This document shows, one piece after another, positions 18,235-24,643 of a stretch of 31,858 nt of DNA. Below the pieces are notes generated by a model. It was not told the origin of the DNA. It did not search any database and was given only the letters and a program-made list of their open reading frames with translations. Numbering within the stretch: the first letter of the stretch is position 1; every line of letters starts with the position of its first letter. The translations under genes and the position numbers were made by a program. The DNA lies in IMG/VR virus record IMGVR_UViG_3300020045_001834, positions 1-31,858 of that record; one strand, 5' to 3'. This DNA is from a virus. Taxonomy: Duplodnaviria > Caudoviricetes.

Positions 18235-18503
18235 TGACACCCCAAGCCCTTATCAACCTAGTTGGCTATGGCGCGGCAAATCGCCGCGTCAAGGCCATGG
18301 GTATGTGGCGCGAGACTATGACTGACACTGAGCGTATTCAGTGGATTGAGGAAACTGGATCGACAATCGTATACAGCCAATCCAGTGAGGAATTCAATGT
18401 TTTCACTGGATATGGTGAATATATTGACATTCTGCGCCCGGCGATTGACGAAGCATCTACACTAAACACCGCGCGTGATTACCGCGCATACTTGGAGGAA
18501 TGA
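18234..18503 (+). CDS. Hypothetical protein
   Basis: Coupled to both neighbours (TAATG, ATGA). Confidence 0.65.
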   Translation: MTPQALINLVGYGAANRRVKAMGMWRETMTDTERIQWIEETGSTIVYSQSSEEFNVFTGYGEYIDILRPAIDEASTLNTARDYRAYLEE

Positions 18504-19591
18504 AAATGAAACTATCAATCGAGCGCCGCGACCTTCTGGCTCTTGCAACTCGGGCCGCTAATGTGGTGAACAGCCGCAACACCATCCCTATTCTCGCCAA
18601 CGTCAAGCTGTCGGCGCGTGATGGTCAATTGTGCGCTGTATCCACCACGCTTGACCAGCAGCTTGAAACTCGGGTGCCAGCGCGCGTTGATGTTGAAGGC
18701 GAGATTACCGTTGACGCAAAGCTTCTGGCCGACATTGCAAAGGCGATCAAGGATGGCGCATTGATCGAATGTGATCTGTCCGATTACATGCTGCACCTGA
18801 GCGCGGGCCGGGCGAAATACAAGCTGCAAACGCTGCCGGTTGAAGACTTCCCTATGATGCGGGCCGACAACTTCACGACCACGTTTGAAGTTGACGCTAC
18901 GGCATTGCGGAACATGCTTGAGAAGACGGTTTGGGCATCTTCGGCGGATGAGGCGCGCTACTATCTGCAAGGCGTGGCAATGCAGCACCGTGATGGCAAG
19001 GCGGTGTTTATCGCAACAGATGGTCATCGACTGGCGCGGTTCATTGGCCCTGATCTGCCAGCGTTCCCGGATGTAATCATCCCGTCCAAAGCAGTTGCGG
19101 AGTTTATGCGCATTCTGGACGGCGAGACTGCGGAAGTCAGTGTATCCGAAACCAAGGTGCGCGTTGTGATCGGTGATACCAGCATTACGTCTAAGCTCAT
19201 TGATGGCACGTATCCAGACTGGACGCAGGTCATTCCTGCCCCACGACCTGACTATGTGACGGCATCCAGTGTCGATCTTAAAGACGCTATCACGCGAGTT
19301 GTGATCGTGGCATCTGACCGAGTGCGAGCTGTCAAACTTTCGGTTGCTGGTGGTTCGTTGGGGATTGACGTGCGCGACCAGAACGGGCACACGGCGGAAG
19401 AACGGATTGACGTTGAACAGGTCGGCGCTGATGTGGTGATCGGCATCAACTCGAAGTACGGGCTTGATGCACTGAACCGCGCGGATAAGGGCGACGTGAC
19501 CATCCAGTACGGCGGGTCTGGTGAGCCTATGCTGGTGCAATACGCCGAGGAGCCTAACTTGGTGGCGGTTATTATGCCTGTGCGGGTGTGA
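18500..19591 (+). CDS. dnaN: DNA polymerase III beta sliding clamp
   Basis: RNTIPILANV, LPVEDFP, ARYYLQGV, IATDGHRLA, SKLIDGTYPDW..VIP, VIMPVRV; full length. Confidence 0.95.
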   Translation: MKMKLSIERRDLLALATRAANVVNSRNTIPILANVKLSARDGQLCAVSTTLDQQLETRVPARVDVEGEITVDAKLLADIAKAIKDGALIECDLSDYMLHLSAGRAKYKLQTLPVEDFPMMRADNFTTTFEVDATALRNMLEKTVWASSADEARYYLQGVAMQHRDGKAVFIATDGHRLARFIGPDLPAFPDVIIPSKAVAEFMRILDGETAEVSVSETKVRVVIGDTSITSKLIDGTYPDWTQVIPAPRPDYVTASSVDLKDAITRVVIVASDRVRAVKLSVAGGSLGIDVRDQNGHTAEERIDVEQVGADVVIGINSKYGLDALNRADKGDVTIQYGGSGEPMLVQYAEEPNLVAVIMPVRV

Positions 19592-19595
19592 CGGA

Positions 19596-19634
19596 TTGAC
19601 AGGGAATGACCGTGCTGCTATGGTGGTGGCACGG
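19596..19634 (+). promoter_or_regulatory. Promoter-hairpin cassette
   Basis: TTGACA(19596)-N17-TATGGT(19619); stem CCGTGC/GCACGG (19610-19634) extendable by G-U pairs. Confidence 0.65.
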
Positions 19635-19655
19635 GAACTTAATGGAGTGGATGGA

Positions 19656-19883
19656 ATGAATATTGAATATAATGTGGCAGAAGATCGTGATGAGTGTGTT
19701 GCTGTCATTCAGGTTTTTCCTAATGGTGCGCAATCCATCGCAGTAAAAACGGATGAAGGATGCACTATCTTCTATGATTCCGGTGAGACACCGAACCATG
19801 GCGGTCATATCGACTGGCGGGCGGAGGTGGGGTCGGCAACTAAAAAGCTCTACCCCGGCGATAAAATCACGATCACGTTTTGA
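19656..19883 (+). CDS. Hypothetical protein
   Basis: Start after the promoter and SD ggag; ends KKLYPGDKITITF. Confidence 0.65.
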   Translation: MNIEYNVAEDRDECVAVIQVFPNGAQSIAVKTDEGCTIFYDSGETPNHGGHIDWRAEVGSATKKLYPGDKITITF

Positions 19884-19895
19884 GAGGATGACAGA

Positions 19896-20186
19896 ATGAA
19901 CATCACACGTCAGCAACGGCGCGCGGCAGAACGTCGCGCTAATAAACCTGAACCCGCAACGATTGAACGCACTTCCACGCGACACATCAGCGGAACCAAG
20001 GGCATGCCGTTTTCGCGCATGAAACTTGAAAGCATTACGCCAGCTAAGGACGGTAAGGCTGCTGTTTTCAATGTTCGCGGCTATACGACGAACAAGTATC
20101 AATCGGTCAAAGCGAAGTTGCACAACATTGACTGGTTTATTCGCGGCCTGTCGCTTGATATGAAGTTGGCCATGCTAGGCAAGTAA
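19896..20186 (+). CDS. Hypothetical basic protein
   Basis: SD gagga; TRQQRRAAERR N-terminus; last gene before the terminator. Confidence 0.7.
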   Translation: MNITRQQRRAAERRANKPEPATIERTSTRHISGTKGMPFSRMKLESITPAKDGKAAVFNVRGYTTNKYQSVKAKLHNIDWFIRGLSLDMKLAMLGK

Positions 20187-20190
20187 AACC

Positions 20191-20223
20191 AAGGCCGGGC
20201 TAATAACCCGGCCTTTTCATTTT
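20191..20223. terminator. Terminator at the convergence of the two arms
   Basis: AAGGCCGGG-CTAATAA-CCCGGCCTT followed by TTCATTTT; A-rich 5' side suggests possible bidirectionality. Confidence 0.8.
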
Positions 20224-20269
20224 GTATCTTCAAACATAATATGCCAGATTAAGCCTGATTTTAACCTAA

Positions 20270-20491
20270 TTATGTATTTTCAGCCAAACCATTCTCCCAA
20301 TCAATCAGCATATCAATACAATCCCGGGCCTTTTGCAAATCCTCAATTCCATTTTTATCCCTAAATCGAGTGACGTACTTCACAACTGTATGTTGCAAAG
20401 GGTCCAGTCCGTTTGCCATGCTGTATTGCATCGGCTGGATTGCAAGCTTGGTGTAGTGATCGCCTCCGACTTGTGTTTGCCATGCGTTCAT
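20270..20491 (-). CDS. DUF3310 (SaV-like) domain protein
   Basis: QVGGDHY...IQP...VKYVTR...KNGIEDLQKA. Confidence 0.88.
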   Translation of the reverse strand: MNAWQTQVGGDHYTKLAIQPMQYSMANGLDPLQHTVVKYVTRFRDKNGIEDLQKARDCIDMLIDWENGLAENT

Positions 20492-20682
20492 TAGTAAACC
20501 CTTTCTTGCTCACCATGCCGGGCACTGAACCCATTATGCTGATCAAAAAGCTTTCGTGCAATCATCGCGGCAGTATGGCATTTGAATTTGCCAATATAGA
20601 GGTTGGCCTTAAACCAACCCAATGCCTCTTTGGTTTCCTTGCGCCTATTATCGAAGGAAGACCCTTTTCGTATTTCATTCAT
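20491..20682 (-). CDS. Hypothetical protein
   Basis: Coupled to both neighbours; SD ggagg at the end of the upstream gene. Confidence 0.6.
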   Translation of the reverse strand: MNEIRKGSSFDNRRKETKEALGWFKANLYIGKFKCHTAAMIARKLFDQHNGFSARHGEQERVY

Positions 20683-21794
20683 TCATCATCCCTCCAGATG
20701 CTATCATGTGTTTGAGCAATCATTCCATATATAGGATCGAATGTCATGGCCTGCAAGCCACGGATTCCACCAAAGTTTGCCCCGTGCGCGTCCGCTGGCG
20801 CGAAAGCTCGAAGCGAATAGTGTGTAGCGCCTACAAGATCAATGGTGCGAAGGTGATGGACATGCCCGGTAAGGATAACGCGAGAGGCGGTGCATTGATC
20901 CCAGAATCCGCATTTATCAGCAATGATCATGGCCAGCTTTTCTGGTTTGGCGCGATCACCGTGATGGACTGCTACAAGGTTTTTACCGTGCTTCATCCAG
21001 AAAATTTCCGACTTGTCCGCGCCCTGAACTACTGGAAAGTCTACACGATCAGTATTCCGATACCGCATCTTGAGGGCAATCTTCAGAATAACGTGCGATT
21101 CTTCGCAGTGATTTCCTCGCACCACTACCACGGAGACCTTAGCGTGACGTTTTAGCAGGATTTCAATAGATTGAACCAAAGTCTCAACTGCAACATCAAC
21201 AATCTTCTCAAAACGCCCGTCCACATCAAGAATATGGCCGTGTGCAGGCGTCATGTTTTTTCCAGAAGGTGTGTGCAGGCTATCCCCTCCAATAACCACA
21301 AGAGCATGACCTGACATAGGAACTCTAGCTGAAAGTCGATCAATTGATGATGTTAGGTCTTTCTGGAAGTGGCTCAGATCATAATCAGGACCACGGGTTT
21401 CGCGCGACCAACTCAACTGTCCGATATGCAAATCAAAAAGCCCATAAACACTGAGCAAGTCAGAATGATAGAACTCTCCGACCTGCGGCACATAAGCCGG
21501 AATATCCCGAAATGCATCAGCCACTCGCTGCAACATATCACTGCCAGCATCCTCTCGCGGCGTCTGGAAGTAAGACGACACGCCATTCCGCTTGATCCAG
21601 TAGCTGTGAGGCATGACGTTAGCCCCCGCAGCCACAGCAGCCGCCTGTGCGCTAGGATCAGCCGCAGCCCACGCCCTAGCACGTTCCAGCAGGCTCTTTA
21701 CCTGCCGCTCGGTCTTTCCCATGGCTGCGGCGATCTCTGCCCGAGACTTACCGCCTGCCCGCATATCCATAGCTGTTTTCTGATCTTCGGTCAT
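20679..21794 (-). CDS. Calcineurin-like metallophosphoesterase with N-terminal HTH
   Basis: DLHIG, GGDSLH, RGNH, HHGD, GHVHH; SRAEIAAAMGKTERQVKSLL HTH; SD ggagg before ATG 21794. Confidence 0.85.
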   Translation of the reverse strand: MTEDQKTAMDMRAGGKSRAEIAAAMGKTERQVKSLLERARAWAAADPSAQAAAVAAGANVMPHSYWIKRNGVSSYFQTPREDAGSDMLQRVADAFRDIPAYVPQVGEFYHSDLLSVYGLFDLHIGQLSWSRETRGPDYDLSHFQKDLTSSIDRLSARVPMSGHALVVIGGDSLHTPSGKNMTPAHGHILDVDGRFEKIVDVAVETLVQSIEILLKRHAKVSVVVVRGNHCEESHVILKIALKMRYRNTDRVDFPVVQGADKSEIFWMKHGKNLVAVHHGDRAKPEKLAMIIADKCGFWDQCTASRVILTGHVHHLRTIDLVGATHYSLRAFAPADAHGANFGGIRGLQAMTFDPIYGMIAQTHDSIWRDDE

Positions 21795-21813
21795 ATTATC
21801 CTCCAATGACTTA

Positions 21814-21849
21814 CCCCGCCTTATTAGGGCGGGGCTGCTGTCGTGTCAA
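21814..21849 (-). promoter_or_regulatory. Promoter-hairpin cassette (minus strand)
   Basis: TTGACA(21849-21844)-N17-TAATAA(21826-21821); stem CCCCGCC-CTAATAA-GGCGGGG. Confidence 0.65.
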
Positions 21850-21858
21850 ATTGGCGGC

Positions 21859-22140
21859 TTACATGTTTGGTTTTAGTGGCGCGTGAATGCCTGTCGATCC
21901 TGCCACCACTGGACACAATGCGCCGTTGTTGACGGCAAAAACCACCCAGCCGCCTTTACCATCCTCGGCCATGAAGAACGCCCACTCTTTGGACGTATCC
22001 CCGAACGTGACGGCGTATCCGTTTTCTTCCAGCGCCGCCATAGCTTCACCGGCTGGCATGCACTCGCTTGCATATGCGGGCGCGGCACACGACGCGACCA
22101 ATGCAACTGATGCGATTAGGCTTGATCGGATTACTTCCAT
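21859..22140 (-). CDS. Hypothetical exported protein
   Basis: Signal-peptide-like N-terminus (LIASVALVASCAAPAYA) followed by two further Cys. Confidence 0.65.
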   Translation of the reverse strand: MEVIRSSLIASVALVASCAAPAYASECMPAGEAMAALEENGYAVTFGDTSKEWAFFMAEDGKGGWVVFAVNNGALCPVVAGSTGIHAPLKPNM

Positions 22141-22370
22141 TTCATTCTCCCTGTGTTAATTCCGTTTGCGACTAGAAATTCCCGCGCCTTGCTTTTCATC
22201 CATGCCGCCCGCCAACCTACAGGATCATCCTCATATGTGCTTCGGACTGGATCACCGCCAGCGTCTCGCCAACCTTCCTCGTATGCCGCCCTGATTTCGT
22301 ATTGCAATCGGTTGAACACAGGATCGTTCTGGTAAAACTCACGCGGCTGCGGTGTCGTCATCGTCATCAT
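22131..22370 (-). CDS. Hypothetical protein
   Basis: SD aaggag upstream; overlaps neighbours; AAYEEGW motif. Confidence 0.6.
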   Translation of the reverse strand: MMTMTTPQPREFYQNDPVFNRLQYEIRAAYEEGWRDAGGDPVRSTYEDDPVGWRAAWMKSKAREFLVANGINTGRMKWK

Positions 22371-22473
22371 CTCCTTTTGCGATATACGTAAAGAACGCCC
22401 AGTTTAGCAGGGTTCCGCCGTGGTATCCCATAGCGATGCCTAGCACGATAATGAATAGGTCACTTGCTTGCAT
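22339..22473 (-). CDS. Small membrane protein, 44 aa
   Basis: SD ggag; hydrophobic segment followed by an acidic tail. Confidence 0.5.
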   Translation of the reverse strand: MQASDLFIIVLGIAMGYHGGTLLNWAFFTYIAKGDDDDDDTAAA

Positions 22474-22648
22474 TATCTCTCCAATATGCGTAGCTTGAGG
22501 CACAATGCCGCGCCCCGAAGATACCACGCCACACCAGCCACGTCAAGCTGACATGGTGAAGAATGTGCGCGCGGGCACAAAGAGACATGCGAGGGCTACG
22601 CGGGAATATTGTCCTGTGCGCGCGTTCTGATATTTGCCAGATTTTCAT
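22460..22648 (-). CDS. Hypothetical protein
   Basis: Fits the operon tiling, but no clear SD; start uncertain. Confidence 0.45.
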   Translation of the reverse strand: MKIWQISERAHRTIFPRSPRMSLCARAHILHHVSLTWLVWRGIFGARHCASSYAYWRDNASK

Positions 22649-22653
22649 GTGAG

Positions 22654-22715
22654 TGCCGGTTGTCAATGGTCGGGCCTTAGGAGGGATCGGGCCGCGCCGG
22701 GGGCCACAACCGGCA
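22654..22715 (-). ncRNA. Candidate structured RNA or 5' leader with anti-SD loop
   Basis: 10-bp stem TGCCGGTTGT/ACAACCGGCA enclosing GGCC-CGATCCCTCCTAA-GGCC; just downstream of the promoter at 22760-22732. Confidence 0.45.
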
Positions 22716-22731
22716 AAACCCCATATTCAGC

Positions 22732-22760
22732 ACAATAAACGAAAAACCCGGCACTGTCAA
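22732..22760 (-). promoter_or_regulatory. Candidate sigma70-type promoter nested in a terminator
   Basis: TTGACA(22760-22755)-N17-TATTGT(22737-22732). Confidence 0.6.
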
Positions 22761-22773
22761 ACAGGCCGGGTTT
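22737..22773 (-). terminator. Intrinsic terminator closing the tRNA transcript
   Basis: AAACCCGGC-CTGTTTGACAGT-GCCGGGTTT followed by TTCGTTT. Confidence 0.75.
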
Positions 22774-23048
22774 GGATTTGTTCGGGGTACCACCTGCCGT
22801 TCCCGATCCCGGATGCTTACACCGGCCCTCTTGCCGCGCACCTGTCAGATGCCGCAAGCCCTCTACGCCTGACAGACGATTACGAGCCATTAAATTGAGT
22901 GTGCAGGCTCTCTATTTCAACCGCTGTTTGATTGCCTGTAACACCTTAATTGCGGTCCTACGGCCACACTCATGAGGATGCAAGGCGTTGGATCATTTAC
23001 TACGCATCAATTTGCGCGACCAACTTTCATGATACCTTGCACCCACAT
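22774..23048 (-). ncRNA. Unassigned structured non-coding tract (3-4 tandem modules) downstream of the tRNAs
   Basis: Multiple nested helices identified by eye; lies between the tRNA-Thr CCA and the terminator; no SD-supported ORF. Confidence 0.55.
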
Positions 23049-23053
23049 CAATA

Positions 23054-23129
23054 TGGTGCCGCTCCGAGGTCTCGAACCTCGCGCTTCCTGCTTACAAGGC
23101 AGGCACTCTACCCGATGAGTTAGAGCGGC
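23054..23129 (-). tRNA. tRNA-Thr(UGU)
   Basis: Acceptor GCCGCTC/GAGCGGC, anticodon arm CCTGC-CTTGTAA-GCAGG, T loop TTCGAGA, ends ACCA. Confidence 0.95.
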
Positions 23130-23135
23130 TTTATT

Positions 23136-23213
23136 TGGTCTAGGTGGCTGGATTTGAACCAGCGTTCTCTTCCTTCCAAGGGAAGCAGCTTAACCAGACT
23201 TGCCCACACCCAG
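23136..23213 (-). tRNA. tRNA-Pro(UGG)
   Basis: Acceptor CTGGGTG/CACCTAG, anticodon arm CTTCC-CTTGGAA-GGAAG, T loop TTCAAAT, ends ACCA. Confidence 0.93.
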
Positions 23214-23220
23214 ATTTTGA

Positions 23221-23293
23221 TAGGCCCGGCGTGATTTGAACACGCGATGAACCCGTTATGAGCGGGCGGCATTAACCACTATGCTACAGGCCC
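23221..23293 (-). tRNA. tRNA with CAU anticodon, probably Ile2 (Met not excluded); CCA not encoded
   Basis: Acceptor GGGCCTG/CGGGCCT, anticodon arm GCCCG-CTCATAA-CGGGT, T loop TTCAAAT; followed by TCA; paired 1-72 and no GGG/CCC stem, so not initiator. Confidence 0.88.
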
Positions 23294-23301
23294 GAATGCA
23301 A

Positions 23302-23339
23302 CCCCACAGACCTGCAATAACCTAATGCAAGCCTGTGGG
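23302..23339 (-). other. Long hairpin immediately 5' of the tRNA cluster
   Basis: CCCACAGGCTTGCA...TGCAGGTCTGTGGG with G-U pairs; no U-tract. Confidence 0.55.
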
Positions 23340-23346
23340 CTTCACA

Positions 23347-23475
23347 TCATTCCTTGTTTGCCGGGAACGAATACGACACGCCACCATCAGGCGAACGCAC
23401 ATTCACATTGCCATCGTGAACGTCAGAATTTGCAGCAGTACCGAGAAAAGCCAGCGCGAAGAAGATCGGGAACAT
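23347..23475 (-). CDS. Small protein, 42 aa, hydrophobic N-terminus (MFPIFFALAFLGTAANS...), not in ORF track
   Basis: SD GGAGG 5 nt before ATG; own upstream promoter candidate. Confidence 0.7.
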   Translation of the reverse strand: MFPIFFALAFLGTAANSDVHDGNVNVRSPDGGVSYSFPANKE

Positions 23476-23510
23476 ATATACCTCCAAAGTGTTCCGGTTT
23501 TAGTGAGACT

Positions 23511-23539
23511 TATCTAGCACCGATTCGCGCCCCTGTCAA
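23511..23539 (-). promoter_or_regulatory. Candidate promoter for the small ORF / tRNA transcript
   Basis: TTGACA(23539-23534)-N17-TAGATA(23516-23511) with TGn extension. Confidence 0.55.
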
Positions 23540-23732
23540 CTACCCCAGCCGAATAAATCGCAATCACGTTTCTGGCCGCTCGTTTGCTTTCCGGCCCGCC
23601 ATCTGCCACCACGCCAGCCGCTAGACTGCACATTGGCTTGGCTAGGGCATCAAGTACCGCTGTCTGACTTGCCTGCGTAGTCGCGCAGCCAGCGAGTGTC
23701 ATCATCAGCATTGCCGTTGCTAGTGTCCGCAT
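23514..23732 (-). CDS. Putative o-spanin (Rz1-like lipoprotein)
   Basis: MRTLATAMLMMTLAG-C lipobox; SD gagga; overlaps the 3' part of the i-spanin candidate. Confidence 0.75.
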   Translation of the reverse strand: MRTLATAMLMMTLAGCATTQASQTAVLDALAKPMCSLAAGVVADGGPESKRAARNVIAIYSAGVVDRGANRC

Positions 23733-23883
23733 GGTTGATCCTCTTTTGTGTGGCAAGGGATTCTTCGGCTTGCTTGACCCGCGTTTCTCGGGCTGCGTCT
23801 GACTTGGCATCATATCGGATTGCAAACACGGCAGCGATTGCGCCGATGATGCCGATGATCCATGGCACGAACTGCGCTATCAT
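23650..23883 (-). CDS. Putative i-spanin (Rz-like)
   Basis: Single N-terminal TM then a charged helical region; position after holin and endolysin. Confidence 0.7.
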   Translation of the reverse strand: MIAQFVPWIIGIIGAIAAVFAIRYDAKSDAARETRVKQAEESLATQKRINHADTSNGNADDDTRWLRDYAGKSDSGT

Positions 23884-24077
23884 TTCTGCGGCACCAATCG
23901 GCCAACTGCACCAAGCACTAGCACAGCGATGGTCAACACGTCCACCAGATCACCCGGTACTCTGGACTTCAAGTCAAGCGGCATAGCCATCCAAGCACCT
24001 TGCAGCGCCACAGCTATACCCATGGCCTGCATACTCCACCAGCGCCATGCCGCGCGCCATTCTGGGACTAGCTTCAT
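23880..24077 (-). CDS. Putative holin
   Basis: MKLVPEWRAAWRWWS..., two hydrophobic segments, GRLVPQK end; ATGA overlap with endolysin. Confidence 0.75.
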   Translation of the reverse strand: MKLVPEWRAAWRWWSMQAMGIAVALQGAWMAMPLDLKSRVPGDLVDVLTIAVLVLGAVGRLVPQK

Positions 24078-24643
24078 TTTATCACCCCAAGCCAGCGCAA
24101 CAGTTGACCAATCAATGCACCCCATGCCGGAGTGGCTGCGGTCGTTTCCACAGCCCGCACAGCACGAACAGCATCAAGGAATTCATCAACACCCACATGC
24201 GCCTTGTTCAAACCGTCACCAGCGTAATAGCTGCGGCCCTTCTTTGCGCCCGTCACCACCGGCAGGCTGGCCCACTCCTTGGCGAGATTATTAGCGAACG
24301 TCTCAGCGCTAATACTTCCATCAAGATAACTGTTCAACCCACGCCGAACTAGTAACGCCGTGGCAAGCTTATCCTGCCCATTGCGGTCGAACAAGTCAGA
24401 CAGTTGCATACCAGATTCGGCATAAAGCCCCCGCAGCGTGTCCTCCATAATCTGGTACTTGCCCGCAGCCTCAGACTGGTATCGCGCATCAATGCTATCC
24501 TGCCACGCCAACACCTCGCCAATGGTCATCGTCACCAGCGGTCGCTTTGGCCGGTCTGCGGCCTTGATGCCACCCCACACGATATTGTAATCACCGCCGC
24601 TTTCTGGCTTGGCGATGAATTCCAGCAGATCATTCACACTCAT
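24074..24643 (-). CDS. Endolysin, lysozyme-like fold (lambda R-like)
   Basis: LLEFIAKPESGGDYN, AAGKYQI...TL, QDKLA, LAKEWASLP. Confidence 0.88.
   Translation of the reverse strand: MSVNDLLEFIAKPESGGDYNIVWGGIKAADRPKRPLVTMTIGEVLAWQDSIDARYQSEAAGKYQIMEDTLRGLYAESGMQLSDLFDRNGQDKLATALLVRRGLNSYLDGSISAETFANNLAKEWASLPVVTGAKKGRSYYAGDGLNKAHVGVDEFLDAVRAVRAVETTAATPAWGALIGQLLRWLGVIK

Noticed and set aside
15937-18240. Long minus-strand ORFs (276, 205, 244 aa)
   Set aside because: Antisense to nrdJ, thyX and the ligase, and they cross promoter cassettes; no motifs.
18515-19708. 397-aa minus-strand ORF
   Set aside because: Antisense shadow of dnaN in GC-rich coding DNA; no recognisable motif or SD.
20413-21809. 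Plus-strand ORFs opposite the phosphoesterase operon
   Set aside because: Downstream of the + arm terminator and antisense to well-supported genes.
22653-22975. ORFs 22653-22898(+), 22663-22890(-), 22772-22975(+)
   Set aside because: No SD; two span the terminator/promoter; the region is better explained as structured RNA.
22774-23048. Assignment as hammerhead, HDV-like/theta, pistol, twister, tmRNA or extra tRNA
   Set aside because: No CUGAnGA/GAAA core, no HDV helix order, pistol P2/P3 missing, no T-loop or CCA found by eye; left unassigned pending a covariance-model search.
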